Origin: a virus
DNA length: 64,000 bases
Strand: one strand, 5' to 3'
Virus record (IMG/VR): IMGVR_UViG_3300012929_000001
The translations under genes and the position numbers were made by a program. Shown in pieces: positions 42,647 to 52,522 of this stretch. The notes under the pieces are model-generated. The model was not told the origin of the DNA and searched no databases. It saw only the letters and a list, made by a program, of their open reading frames with translations. The first letter of the stretch is position 1, and every line of letters starts with the position of its first letter.

Positions 42647-43246
42647 CTACCGGATGCAAAGTTCAGTGATACCGTTGGCGTCCTGCACGGCACGGTAGGT
42701 AAACCGCCCGTCCAAGGCCATCGTGTTACCGCCCGAGGCCGCAGTCTCAAAGCCGCCCTGGACGTGGTTGCCGGAGCTGGCCGCGCACCAAATGAACACC
42801 GCTCCGCCGCGAACCGCGCCCGTGATCGCGCCGTTGCCGAGGACTACGTTGATATAGCCCCAACGCATAACGTCTTGCACGATGGTCTTATTCGGACCAC
42901 CTGAGTTAAACGTCGCCGGGGCGAAGTCCGTCGAAGCCTGCGCCTGCTGCGTCGGGTAAGGACGCACGATGACGCCTTCAATGGAGGTTAGCGCCGTGTC
43001 GCCTGCCAACAGCTTGCGGGGATTATGACTGGTGCCGTCGAGGACGACGGGCTGGCCGAAGAAGGTTGGCGGGTTGGTGGCGTCGAGCTGCATCGGTTCG
43101 ATGGAAACCGGATGCGTACGGTTGACATCGCCCGGGAATCCCGCGCCCATGCGAAACGCGAACGTCGCGTCCCTGGTCCTCATACGGCCTACGTACAGGC
43201 CGCTCTCCGTACGACGGCTGAAGAAATACTTTTTGAAGAAGTTCAT
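42647..43246 (-). CDS. Capsid-associated protein (decoration/cement-like)
   Basis: Lies between the scaffold and major capsid genes. Gly-rich beta-type sequence. Confidence 0.45.
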   Translation of the reverse strand: MNFFKKYFFSRRTESGLYVGRMRTRDATFAFRMGAGFPGDVNRTHPVSIEPMQLDATNPPTFFGQPVVLDGTSHNPRKLLAGDTALTSIEGVIVRPYPTQQAQASTDFAPATFNSGGPNKTIVQDVMRWGYINVVLGNGAITGAVRGGAVFIWCAASSGNHVQGGFETAASGGNTMALDGRFTYRAVQDANGITELCIR

Positions 43247-43322
43247 TGCGAATTCTCCTGTCCTTTCGAGATTTTTTAATCGTTGTAGTGCCTACCGCCG
43301 AGAGTTCGTACGTCGCCGCCTA

Positions 43323-44687
43323 TTACGACTTGTAGCGTTCGGCGTTCGCCTTGTTCAATTCGGCGATGCTCTTAATCTTGCCGGTTACGCCGAGCCCCGC
43401 GCTCGTACGAATCGTGCCCGGGGGAAGCGCAGAGTCGCCCGTGCTGGCGCGAACCGTGCCGTTGTTACGATTTTTGGCGAAGGTACCGACAGCTTGAAAC
43501 AAAGTCCGAACCTCCCCGCACTTCCGCGTTTTCAGGTCATGCCCGTTCAGCAACTCGTCGCGGAACGTCAAGTTGTCGCCCGTCGCCGAATCCAACACAC
43601 GGCGGCGGAAGGCGCAAATGGCGTCCACGGTCTTGCCGGGCTTCGCCTTGGCGTCGAAGGTCGGTACGCCGATGCCCGGAACGATGATCTCGCCCAGGGC
43701 CAGCGCGGCCTGAAAGCTGTCGGCGAAGGGCTTCGAGTCCTTCAGGCCCTTAAACGCAGCGTCGTTGGTTCCGGGCGGCGCTTCGGCCTCGAACTCGATC
43801 TCCTCGTCCTTCGTCTTCTTGTCGTCATCCTCCTCGTCCTCTTCCTCCTCCTCGCGGGAAGCATCGTAGGACCTCTTCATTTCCTTGACGTCCTTGGACA
43901 CGCTGTCGATGGCGTCCTCGACCTTGTTGAAGCGAGCATCTATGGCCGCATCTCGAGTTTTCTTCTTATCGTCCTCTTCCTCTTCCTCTTCAGATTCGGC
44001 ATCGCGGGTGCGGCCCGCAGAATGGACGTGGACGTGCGTGGCGGTTGCGCCGTTCTCCGGCAATTCGTCGAGAACGGCAGTCATGGCACCTTCATCCTTC
44101 TTCTTAAAGGCGTCCAAGATTCTGTCTTTCAGGCTTTTCATTTCTGGCTCCTTTACAGTTTGTCGGTCTCCAATTGCACAGCGCGGCCCGCAACGGCCAC
44201 TTTCCACGAGAGCTACATGATTACCAATAATGTTTACTTGGCGACCCCTGCCGGGTTCGGTCTCTATGTAGTCCGCATCATAACCGCAACTAACTTCGCG
44301 TTTACCTCCTAAAATTCTCTGGATCGTCTGTGCGTCCTTGACGATGATGTCGGCGAACAAGACGTCGTCCGCAGCACCCGAACCACGACGCGGGTGCAGC
44401 ACCTGCCCTTTTTCCAGATTGAACCAGTTCGTAGGATTCACATCCTCGTACGGGTGTTCATCCACGAAAGACTTGCCATTAAAGGAGGCAATTGTCTCCG
44501 CTCGAAAAACCTCTTCCGGGTTGCGATCGATTCGCGAAATCCCGTCCGGTCCCGCCGATACAGGCGTCTCGTTAGGTCCATAAATCTGCGTCCCCGTGCG
44601 AGCAATGGGGACGTCTTCAATCAATAAGTAGCCTTCCGGCGTACGCGATTGCTTCGGCCCAAGCTGCTCAGTGGTGTAAAAACGCAT
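43323..44687 (-). CDS. Scaffolding / prohead core protein (DUF2213-like)
   Basis: PEGYLLIEDVPIARTGTQIY...FNGKSFVDEHP...REVSCGYDADY matches the DUF2213 pattern. Two acidic EEEEEEDD tracts. TAATG coupling at 44687. Confidence 0.7.
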   Translation of the reverse strand: MRFYTTEQLGPKQSRTPEGYLLIEDVPIARTGTQIYGPNETPVSAGPDGISRIDRNPEEVFRAETIASFNGKSFVDEHPYEDVNPTNWFNLEKGQVLHPRRGSGAADDVLFADIIVKDAQTIQRILGGKREVSCGYDADYIETEPGRGRQVNIIGNHVALVESGRCGPRCAIGDRQTVKEPEMKSLKDRILDAFKKKDEGAMTAVLDELPENGATATHVHVHSAGRTRDAESEEEEEEDDKKKTRDAAIDARFNKVEDAIDSVSKDVKEMKRSYDASREEEEEDEEDDDKKTKDEEIEFEAEAPPGTNDAAFKGLKDSKPFADSFQAALALGEIIVPGIGVPTFDAKAKPGKTVDAICAFRRRVLDSATGDNLTFRDELLNGHDLKTRKCGEVRTLFQAVGTFAKNRNNGTVRASTGDSALPPGTIRTSAGLGVTGKIKSIAELNKANAERYKS

Positions 44688-47320
44688 TAGTGAATACCTA
44701 TGTTCTGCGGGACGAACTGGTAGGCTCCTATGTCCCACGTCGCCCCGCGAGCGTTCCCCGCCATGTCGATGTTGTAGGGCGAGCCGAGGTTCGCGCCCGC
44801 GTGCACGGTGGGCGAATTGACCGTCGGGCGGAAGTCCATCTCCGCGCCCGTAGCCAGGGCGGGGCAGGTGTAGAAGCTGCCGGGCACGAAGCTACCCGTG
44901 TATCCAACACCGACGGGCGGTGTGATGGGCAATTGGTTACAGGCCAACAACAAATTCATAAGCTGCGTGTTCGATTTAAACGTCGCCCCAGCGGAGAGCA
45001 TTACCTTCAGTTCGTTCTGCACTTGGTCCGGGGGAAGCTCGTACAGGTGCATAAAGAAGCCCATCGGGTTACCCCACGCCGCGTCCTTCCACAAATAGTT
45101 CAACATATAGCGGCGCATCGCGTCGTAGGAGAGATTCTGCAAATTAGGCACGGTGCCCTGGCTGGTCATGTCGAATACGTTGTACCCGTTGGCCAGCGTG
45201 GTTGTGTTGCCGCAGCAGGGCTTGGATGAGCCCGTGCCGCGAATGCCCTTATAGCCGAGCCCCGCCAGGATCACCTGCGTCTGCGGGTCGGAGAACATGA
45301 ACGGCATTACCGCTACGCGGTTCACTGGAAGCCCGGTAAAGTTCGCGTTCAGCCATTTCTGCGCCTGGTCGAACTCCACCAGTTCAAAGTTGTGCTCGTC
45401 GTATAGAACCGAGTACGGGGCGCCCCAAATATCCTGGTTAGATACATCCGCCAGCGAGAACATGCGCGACGCGCCCTTCACGGCGGAATTCTGATAGGCC
45501 ACCAGACCCAAAGTAAAGCAATTGCCGCGCCCCAACAGCGCCGAGATAGCGTTGGATACCGTGTCGATCTGCGTCAGTCCCGGTACGCCGCCCGGATCGA
45601 CGGGCTTCAGGTTCCAGCTAACGTCGCACGCCGCGTCGTCGGGGAAAGTAGAAATGGTAAGCGTGCCGCCGCCCACGCCGTCATGAGTAACCGTCAGATG
45701 CGCCTGCGTCGCGACAGTGCCCGAATATTGAATCTTGAACACGTCGCAAGGCACCCCTCCCGGGTTGTCACTACACGCGCCCGAAGCGCCCCCGGTAAAC
45801 GCGGGCGGTGCTGTATACCCATGTGAATTGGAGTGCGAGTTGGGATCGGCGGAACCCGCGTTAATCCAGCCTTGTACTACGGGAATCGCTGCTGGGGAGT
45901 ACGTCTGCCCGGTTACCACAGCAACGGACGGCGTAATGCCTATGGCGTTAATTAGCGGCAGCAGCGTCCCCAGGTATTCGCACGAATATTGCACCAGACC
46001 GCAATCGTCGAAGGTCCAGGTGACCAGCGCGGGCCAGCGCTTCCAGTTCATTATCCATGGCGGCGTTAGAGCGACAACGTCGTGTGCAGCTGCGACAGGT
46101 ACGGTAGCGCCCGCTCCGGCCCCGAAGTCCGTTTCCAGCGATATACCCAGATTATTTCCGTAGAAGTGGCAGTAGTCGTGCGTCAGCACGCCTGCGCCCG
46201 TAACGTTAGAAACCAATCCGAAAAGCCGGTTCCCGTAGGCCCGGCAATTCTGAAGATCAAACAGGCACCCATTACATCCCGTAACGGCCCCGAACTCGAA
46301 GCCGTCGTAGTTCATGTCAGCGTCGACGTTCCAAAGGTGGATGTCCGTGGCAGCGGTGAGGTTGGCCCAGAAGCCCAGCTGCGAGTACTGCGCCCCGAAA
46401 ATAGTCTCGCCGTTCTCCACCATCGAATTGGCCGCGCCGTTCGCGATCCAGATGTGGTCGGAAGCGTCGCTGATCGTCAGGCCCAGGGAGTCGTACCAGT
46501 CCAGCTGGAAGTGCTGCACTTGTAGCCACTGCGCGTTCTTAATGCTGATCAGTGTCGAGCCGCCATTCGTCGGCGTCTGCTCGCCCGAAATCGCTATTGG
46601 AACCACGGCCCCATAGGCCGTCGCCGGATTGCCACCCGAAGAATAGACGGTTAAAGTCTGCGTGCAGCCGTGGGCGCAGGTGCAGATGCCGGTAACCAGG
46701 TCGCAGTCGAGCGGGTTGAAGCCGGGGTCGAAGTTCCAGTCGTAATTCTGCGCGGGCGTAGTGCCGACGCCACGGTTGGAGCCGAAGACCTTCGCGAACC
46801 GGACCTTGTTCAGCACCTGTAGCGGCTGGTCCAGGCAGGCGTTGAACAGCGAGCCGTAGCACTTTACACAATTCGCGAGCGCCCCGCAGTGCGTCGTACC
46901 GTCGGGGTTCACCGCGTACAGCACAGTTTGCCAAAGGTTGCCCGACGAGTTCGTCCAGAACCCGGCGGCGACTGGCAGCTGGCCGCTGAAGTGGAACGCG
47001 GCGGTGCCGGGCGTGACCGGGAGCCCGTTCACCAGGCTGTAGGTGTCGTACAGGATGGGGTGCCCGCTCGTGCCGCTACTGGAGATCACCAGCCCCGATT
47101 GCCAAACGCAGCCGTCCGTGCGGAAGTAGACGTGGTCGTCGGGATTGAAGTGCGTCGTGTTGCTGTAGACCGTGGCCTGCAACGGACGCCGCCAGGGCCG
47201 CGTGAACGAGGTACCCGGGTTGGTGTCCCCCGTCGTGGCGTAGCAATCCACATAGAAGTTCGCGCCCCAGCAGGCTGCGGACGTAAGCAGAATCAAGGCC
47301 AGCAAAAATAGCCTGCTCAT
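44687..47320 (-). CDS. Secreted-type beta-helix protein with a CE4 (NodB) polysaccharide deacetylase-like domain
   Basis: Signal peptide MSRLFLLALILLTSAACWG. Beta-helix-like middle region. WTFDDCG and HSNSH match CE4 motifs 1 and 2, with FFMH as a possible motif 5. ATGA coupling at 47320. Confidence 0.6.
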   Translation of the reverse strand: MSRLFLLALILLTSAACWGANFYVDCYATTGDTNPGTSFTRPWRRPLQATVYSNTTHFNPDDHVYFRTDGCVWQSGLVISSSGTSGHPILYDTYSLVNGLPVTPGTAAFHFSGQLPVAAGFWTNSSGNLWQTVLYAVNPDGTTHCGALANCVKCYGSLFNACLDQPLQVLNKVRFAKVFGSNRGVGTTPAQNYDWNFDPGFNPLDCDLVTGICTCAHGCTQTLTVYSSGGNPATAYGAVVPIAISGEQTPTNGGSTLISIKNAQWLQVQHFQLDWYDSLGLTISDASDHIWIANGAANSMVENGETIFGAQYSQLGFWANLTAATDIHLWNVDADMNYDGFEFGAVTGCNGCLFDLQNCRAYGNRLFGLVSNVTGAGVLTHDYCHFYGNNLGISLETDFGAGAGATVPVAAAHDVVALTPPWIMNWKRWPALVTWTFDDCGLVQYSCEYLGTLLPLINAIGITPSVAVVTGQTYSPAAIPVVQGWINAGSADPNSHSNSHGYTAPPAFTGGASGACSDNPGGVPCDVFKIQYSGTVATQAHLTVTHDGVGGGTLTISTFPDDAACDVSWNLKPVDPGGVPGLTQIDTVSNAISALLGRGNCFTLGLVAYQNSAVKGASRMFSLADVSNQDIWGAPYSVLYDEHNFELVEFDQAQKWLNANFTGLPVNRVAVMPFMFSDPQTQVILAGLGYKGIRGTGSSKPCCGNTTTLANGYNVFDMTSQGTVPNLQNLSYDAMRRYMLNYLWKDAAWGNPMGFFMHLYELPPDQVQNELKVMLSAGATFKSNTQLMNLLLACNQLPITPPVGVGYTGSFVPGSFYTCPALATGAEMDFRPTVNSPTVHAGANLGSPYNIDMAGNARGATWDIGAYQFVPQNIGIH

Positions 47321-48495
47321 TGCAGGAGCACCATCGGCACCACCGCACCGCGCGAGGGCGCGTCCGTAGGCGGCGTGCACCCGCCGTTCAGGGTGCCACC
47401 TGCGGTGACGGGCTGATCGGCGATGGCATTGTAGAACGACCACTGCCCGTTCCCCGAGCTTCCGCTAAAGGCAGCGCACGACGCGCCACAGCTAGTAGTG
47501 ATAGCGAGGTAGTAGTCCGCGATCTGTAGCACAACCGGCGAGCCCACTACCGTGCAGTTCTTGGTCCCTGTGGAGGGCGCGAACGTCGTGCCCGCCGTTG
47601 CCCCGCAGTGCGCTATCAAATTGCAAGAGCGGTCCATCAACCCTATGTCATAGGTATTCGCCGTGTTATCCACCGTGCCCACGTCGTAGTAAATCTTGGT
47701 CAGCGTCTTGCGGAACGGGAGCGTAACACCCCAAATGCGCATCTTGTTAGCCACAACACTGGGAACAATGGTAGTCGCCGAGCCCCAAACGTTCCCGATT
47801 GCCCACGCCGCCGCGTAGGGGCCATTCACCGAGAGCGTCGCGCCCGAGTTCTCATTGAACATGGGGTAGTGCGTGACCGAGTCGCCCCAAAGGTTTAAGT
47901 TTGCCGCTAGCGCGACTATCCCGGTAGTCTCCGTAATGGTCAGCACGCCGGGCGTAGAGCAGACAGCGTTAAAACTGGCATCCACGCCGCGCGAGACCGA
48001 GCCAGAGCAAAGTGTCGGCGTGTTCTTGGCCCCCAACGCCGTCGTAGCCGTGCCCGTCGTGTCCGAGTTCAAAAACGCGAGGATCTGCGGCGCTCCCGTG
48101 TTCCAAGAGAACTCCGGCACCGCCGAGCCGCTCACCGTGGCGAAGCCTATAGTCGCGTGCCCCGCCGTCGAAGAGACCGCGCCGGAGTAGACGCCCGTCA
48201 GCGGTGCCCCCCCGTTGGAGCAGCTCCACGCCCCGGCTACGCCCGTGGCAACGGCCCCGGTACCAAAGGCGGCACAGGGTATGGTCTGCGAGCAGTCGGA
48301 GCAGAATATCGTCAGCCCGTCCAACTCCGCCGGAAGCGAGCCGAACGTCACGGGGCCGTCGGTGTGTCCAGCGGTGAATCGATTCGTACCAGTAAAATTG
48401 TTGTTAGTGTCCGTCGCAGGGAAGACGTGCGTCTGCGCCTGCGCGCTAACCAGCGTAGCAAACAGCAGCAATAAAATTGCAAATATGTTGCGCAT
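47317..48495 (-). CDS. Secreted-type fibre-like protein
   Basis: Signal peptide MRNIFAILLLLFATLVSAQAQT. DTNNNFTGTNRF is a motif common in fibre proteins. Confidence 0.55.
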   Translation of the reverse strand: MRNIFAILLLLFATLVSAQAQTHVFPATDTNNNFTGTNRFTAGHTDGPVTFGSLPAELDGLTIFCSDCSQTIPCAAFGTGAVATGVAGAWSCSNGGAPLTGVYSGAVSSTAGHATIGFATVSGSAVPEFSWNTGAPQILAFLNSDTTGTATTALGAKNTPTLCSGSVSRGVDASFNAVCSTPGVLTITETTGIVALAANLNLWGDSVTHYPMFNENSGATLSVNGPYAAAWAIGNVWGSATTIVPSVVANKMRIWGVTLPFRKTLTKIYYDVGTVDNTANTYDIGLMDRSCNLIAHCGATAGTTFAPSTGTKNCTVVGSPVVLQIADYYLAITTSCGASCAAFSGSSGNGQWSFYNAIADQPVTAGGTLNGGCTPPTDAPSRGAVVPMVLLQ

Positions 48496-48496
48496 T

Positions 48497-50407
48497 CTAG
48501 TAACCAAACAGCGCGAAGCTGATAATATCATTCACGACAACTCCCGTGCAACTAAGTACGGCGGTGGTTGTCGTACTGGAGGAAACGCGGCAAGTCGAAA
48601 CGGCAGGAGTTTGAGTCTGGTTGGTCACTGGGCCAGTCCAACCGTTGGGGGAAGTACCAGTATTGTTGATCGTAATTGTCGTGCTGCAAGTGCCGGTCGC
48701 CCCGTTGGTAAACTTCCCCACGGAAGCCCCACCAGTTAAAGCCGAGTCCGTGCACCCTGCGCTACTAGTGAACGGTGTGCCGACGGAAATGTACGCCGCC
48801 GCCTTCAATCGCCCGTTCGTGTTGCAGGAAGCTCCGTTACCCACCGAAACCACCCCAGGGGCGTTCTTGCACAGCGCGGTGTCGGCGTTCATCGTGGCGG
48901 CGTTCAGCACCGTCGTGCTGCTGCCCCAAGTCAACACGCCCGCCGAGTTCATGCCCAGCTGCGCCGTGCCCGTCGTAGACAGCGCGAACATATCAGTGGA
49001 AGTCGTACCGTAAACCCAGGCCCCGGCAGTGACCGTGGAGCCGTAGTAGCGCCCGAACGCCTGCGTCGTGAGCCGGTCCGAGGGCAGCGCCTGCGTGCCG
49101 TCGGGCAGCTGGATCGCGTTGGAAATCACGATCGGGTTCCCTGTAGTTCCGGCCACCGATGGAGCTACAAGAGTCGCCGTGCCAGAAGTCGTACCCGCTA
49201 GCGCCAGCGTGCCGTTCGCGCTGCCCGCAACACCGATAGTTAAGGTCGTGGTCCCGTTCGTCGTCAGCCCGGCAGCCACCTTGGCAGCCTGACCGCCCTG
49301 CCCCAGCACGATGCTGTTGGAGGTCAGAGTGCTGCCTGCCGTGACGCAAGTCGCGCACCCTAAGTTGCCCGCCGCGCTCAGCGTGACCGGGGCAGTGACG
49401 GCAGAGGGGATGGTGCCACCAGTAGTGGGGCCAGTAAGCGTGACAGTGCCCGCGTTAGCTCCCGGGACAATCACTAAAGGGTTAGCCGTGGCTCCAGCTA
49501 TATTGATGGAAATTTGGCCAGTGGAGGCGGCGGCTCCGGCAATGGTAAGAGTTCCTTGCGTCGTGTTCTGAATTCCCAGCGTGGGCGTTGGAGTAAACGC
49601 CCCGGTCGCACCGTTTGGAACCTGGCCAGCGGTCCCGGACAGGGAAATAGCTCCGGCAGCAGAAACGGCCACGGGGGCCGTACCTGATAACGCCCCGCCG
49701 TTGGTTGTAGTGGCGCAGGTGGCGCAGGAAATAGCCCCAGCAGCGGAAACGGCCAACGCACCGGTGCCTGACAGCCCCGCGCTGCCGACGGCACCAATCG
49801 GCAACTGCCCGCTAACGTCGGCAGCCAAGGCCACAAGGGAACTGGTTACGGTCTGCGTAGACCCGGCGAAGTGGGCAACACCCACGCCCGGGGCCGAAGC
49901 CACAACGCAGGTGGCGCAGGCCAGAGTTCCCGTGGTGGTGATAGGCCCGCCAGTGATCGGCGATGTCGTAGCTACGCTGGTTACCGTGCCGCTGCCACCG
50001 CTGCTTCCACCCTGGCGAGCGTTACTAAAGGCGGCGTTAACGGTGATGCTCGGGTTTGTGCCTCCGGTAAAGGTCGCGGTGACAATGTAGTGGGTATAAA
50101 ACTTCGTCACCGCCGCCGTCACCATCGCCGCCGCCGTTGAAGTGTTTGTGAGCCCGGCAATGGCGTCGCAGGTCGGCACGCTGGGGTTAGCGTTGGTTCC
50201 CTTACCGCAGCCCTGCACTGTAATACTTACCGTGGCGGGGCTGCCGTTCGGGATTTCCTCGAAGGTAGGGTTAAAGGTACCGTAAAGATTCTGAATATCT
50301 GCGGTACCTCCGCTGGCGCTAATCGTGTAGGTTTTATTGATCGTCGTTTGCGCAGAGGCAAACGGAGCCAACAACAACGCGAACGCCAACAAGATTCGAT
50401 TTTTCAT
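48497..50407 (-). CDS. Secreted-type fibre-like protein with reiterated CATC motifs
   Basis: AAAGGAG RBS. Signal peptide MKNRILLAFALLLAPFASAQT. Three copies of a G(T/A)(L/I)xCATC(V/A) unit. Thr/Gly/Ala-rich throughout. Confidence 0.6.
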   Translation of the reverse strand: MKNRILLAFALLLAPFASAQTTINKTYTISASGGTADIQNLYGTFNPTFEEIPNGSPATVSITVQGCGKGTNANPSVPTCDAIAGLTNTSTAAAMVTAAVTKFYTHYIVTATFTGGTNPSITVNAAFSNARQGGSSGGSGTVTSVATTSPITGGPITTTGTLACATCVVASAPGVGVAHFAGSTQTVTSSLVALAADVSGQLPIGAVGSAGLSGTGALAVSAAGAISCATCATTTNGGALSGTAPVAVSAAGAISLSGTAGQVPNGATGAFTPTPTLGIQNTTQGTLTIAGAAASTGQISINIAGATANPLVIVPGANAGTVTLTGPTTGGTIPSAVTAPVTLSAAGNLGCATCVTAGSTLTSNSIVLGQGGQAAKVAAGLTTNGTTTLTIGVAGSANGTLALAGTTSGTATLVAPSVAGTTGNPIVISNAIQLPDGTQALPSDRLTTQAFGRYYGSTVTAGAWVYGTTSTDMFALSTTGTAQLGMNSAGVLTWGSSTTVLNAATMNADTALCKNAPGVVSVGNGASCNTNGRLKAAAYISVGTPFTSSAGCTDSALTGGASVGKFTNGATGTCSTTITINNTGTSPNGWTGPVTNQTQTPAVSTCRVSSSTTTTAVLSCTGVVVNDIISFALFGY

Positions 50408-50434
50408 GCACAATCTCCTTTCCGCTCGCAAGAA

Positions 50435-50962
50435 CTAAGCGCCCAGTTGCGTGTTCCACTTGCCCGTGACCATACAGAAAAACTCGCAGGTCTTTCCAGC
50501 AGCAACAGCGAATGGAGTTTGCACGGCAAGTGCGTTGATGATGTCGGTAGTACCCTTAGGGTACACATTCATCGAGGCCGCACCCGAGTTGTTTACCGCT
50601 ACGTTCGTACCCGCGATCGCCGCCGGAAGCACAGAGGAGTCGCCGCCCGTGGCCACGGTATCAAACCGCGCGAACAGCGTCGCGATCGGCGTCGCGCCAG
50701 GCTGCCCACCGCCCGCCAGCGCCACCAGGCCCGCCGCGCTCGACGCCAACTGGTAACTGATAATCGCCTGCCCCGCGCCGGGAGCCGAGGGCAGGAGCTG
50801 CACGTATTGAATCTCCGAGTACGACGGAGCCCCGTCGCGCGTGCGCGCGCGACCGCGCGGAATTGTTGGAAGCGAAATGTGGTTCGGCTTAACTAAGTGT
50901 GTAGGCCGCGAACGATCCTCTGAGACGAAAAACTTTTGGTAAATGCGGTTAAGCCATTTCAT
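50435..50962 (-). CDS. Hypothetical protein
   Basis: 175-aa ORF between the MuF-like gene and the fibre-like genes. Confidence 0.45.
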   Translation of the reverse strand: MKWLNRIYQKFFVSEDRSRPTHLVKPNHISLPTIPRGRARTRDGAPSYSEIQYVQLLPSAPGAGQAIISYQLASSAAGLVALAGGGQPGATPIATLFARFDTVATGGDSSVLPAAIAGTNVAVNNSGAASMNVYPKGTTDIINALAVQTPFAVAAGKTCEFFCMVTGKWNTQLGA

Positions 50963-50974
50963 TGTAGTGCCTCC

Positions 50975-51757
50975 TTAAATCAAATCTGGTATAATTGGTT
51001 CCGGCACACAACGACAATTGTAGATTGCGCCGGGTAAAGCACGTTCCCCGTTCTCACCCGCCACGGGCGGATCATCCCAGGCGAAAGCCTTTCCTTCGAG
51101 TTCACGATGCAGCCTGCGCACGTCGGAGTCCCGCGCCGTACGCCAAATAAAGTGCGTCGAGCCCACGAACTTAGCCCGCGCCGCCGTAAGGTTGGTCGTC
51201 GTGCGAGCGACCTCGGTGCGGGCGATCAGGTTCGCCCGCGATTTAGTCACGTGCCCCGTGCGCAGTATCTCCTGTGCTACGCTCTCCGCTCGTGTGCCTC
51301 GGCTAATCCCCTCCAGCGTTAGTTTATGCACCCGCTCGGCGGCGTCCCGGGGAAGGGAGGTGATGAGGTCGACCTGCGCCTGCATGGCGGCCTTCAGCGT
51401 CTCGCCCACTGGACTTTGCCGTATCTCCTTTGCCAGCGCCCGGCCCATGCGGTCTCCCGCCTGCGCCCACGCCGTCGCGTCCCGCCGCGAGACCTCCGCC
51501 ACCATACGCCCCGCCACGGCCTTAGCCCACGGTGCCAAAATGCGCCCGTACGCCATCAGCGTTTCACGCAGCAGAAAGAAATCTTCCAGCGTGCCCGTCG
51601 GCGCAAAGCCGCGTATGATCTCCCCCACTACACGCGCAACCTGTCGCAGTTGCGCCCCGTAGTCACCCTCCACGCGCCGCGCTTTAGCCCAGCGTTCGCG
51701 GTCCTGTAGGCGCTGCGCGCGCGGCGTCAAGATGCGATCTATGGTGAGCATATTCAT
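50975..51757 (-). CDS. Head morphogenesis protein (Mu F / SPP1 gp7 family)
   Basis: C-terminal FIWRTARDSDVRRLHRELEG...LPGAIYNCRCVPEP is the Phage_Mu_F signature. Confidence 0.75.
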   Translation of the reverse strand: MNMLTIDRILTPRAQRLQDRERWAKARRVEGDYGAQLRQVARVVGEIIRGFAPTGTLEDFFLLRETLMAYGRILAPWAKAVAGRMVAEVSRRDATAWAQAGDRMGRALAKEIRQSPVGETLKAAMQAQVDLITSLPRDAAERVHKLTLEGISRGTRAESVAQEILRTGHVTKSRANLIARTEVARTTTNLTAARAKFVGSTHFIWRTARDSDVRRLHRELEGKAFAWDDPPVAGENGERALPGAIYNCRCVPEPIIPDLI

Positions 51758-51840
51758 TTTTTATGCATACAAAAACGATACATAACGATTGCTATTACAA
51801 CCCAAAATGCCAAAGCCGCGAAATACCTTACGTTTAACAT
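51754..51840 (-). CDS. Micro-ORF encoding a 28-aa hydrophobic peptide
   Basis: MLNVRYFAALAFWVVIAIVMYRFCMHKK. Its stop is ATGA-coupled to the MuF-like start. Confidence 0.25.
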   Translation of the reverse strand: MLNVRYFAALAFWVVIAIVMYRFCMHKK

Positions 51841-51939
51841 TTTAGTAAGCGCCCGAGACGGTTTTAAGTCCAGCCCGACCCGCCTCCGTCTCGAGCGCCC
51901 GCGTTTCCCCGCCATGCCATAGCGAGGAACTTGGGAAAA

Positions 51940-52521
51940 CTATCCCTCCGCCACGACGAATGTGCCTGCCGGACCCGCCACGATGTCGATGGGGTTACCG
52001 TCGCCCGTAATGGTTGCCGTTGTACCGTCCTCTTGAGGCACGTTATCAGCACTCACTGTAGGGATTGCGCCTGTAACCAGCACAGGCGGATCGGAGGGTG
52101 CCGCTGTTGCGGTGAGCCCGGTCGGGTCGGCGACAAGGTCCTGCGTGATCACCAAACCCGGGGCCGAGCTTTTCCACGACGCCACAATACCGTCCGGCAA
52201 CTTGGTCGCCAAACCCTTCTTATCCAGCGCCGTCGCCGTCAGACGAGCTGTGCCGTCGTCCAAAAGTTGAAAGTCTACCGCCGCTTTCTTTACCGCCATT
52301 GTAGTTCCTCCTTTTAATTGTGTTGCTACCGCCGTTACCGCAACGGCAAAGCGTACCGCAGGCGCAGGAATCTCCAATCCAACAAGAACATCTATTTTGT
52401 CTCGCAGCGCCTTTACTTCTTTGCGCAGAGAATTGATATCTACTCCCTGCTTCTCCAACAATCGTAAAATTTTATCGTCGTCCCGCCAGCCCATCGCCCG
52501 CGCTCCCGCGTCTTCCGGCAT
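51940..52521 (-). CDS. Hypothetical protein; the C-terminal part is an Ig-like (Big_2-type) domain
   Basis: Full ORF starts 2 nt after the portal stop. A strong internal AAAGGAGGAACTACAATG at 52299 could give a 119-aa product. Confidence 0.5.
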   Translation of the reverse strand: MPEDAGARAMGWRDDDKILRLLEKQGVDINSLRKEVKALRDKIDVLVGLEIPAPAVRFAVAVTAVATQLKGGTTMAVKKAAVDFQLLDDGTARLTATALDKKGLATKLPDGIVASWKSSAPGLVITQDLVADPTGLTATAAPSDPPVLVTGAIPTVSADNVPQEDGTTATITGDGNPIDIVAGPAGTFVVAEG

Positions 52522-52522
52522 G

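Noticed and set aside
43790-44000. GAG/GAC/GAA-rich tracts in the scaffold gene, considered as a repeat element
   Set aside because: These are in-frame acidic low-complexity coding sequence (EEEEEEDDKKK), which is typical of scaffolding proteins.
43032-44312. 426-aa plus-strand ORF
   Set aside because: It is antisense to the DUF2213-like scaffold gene and the capsid-associated gene. Its Leu/Arg/Val low-complexity runs mirror the acidic tracts on the coding strand.
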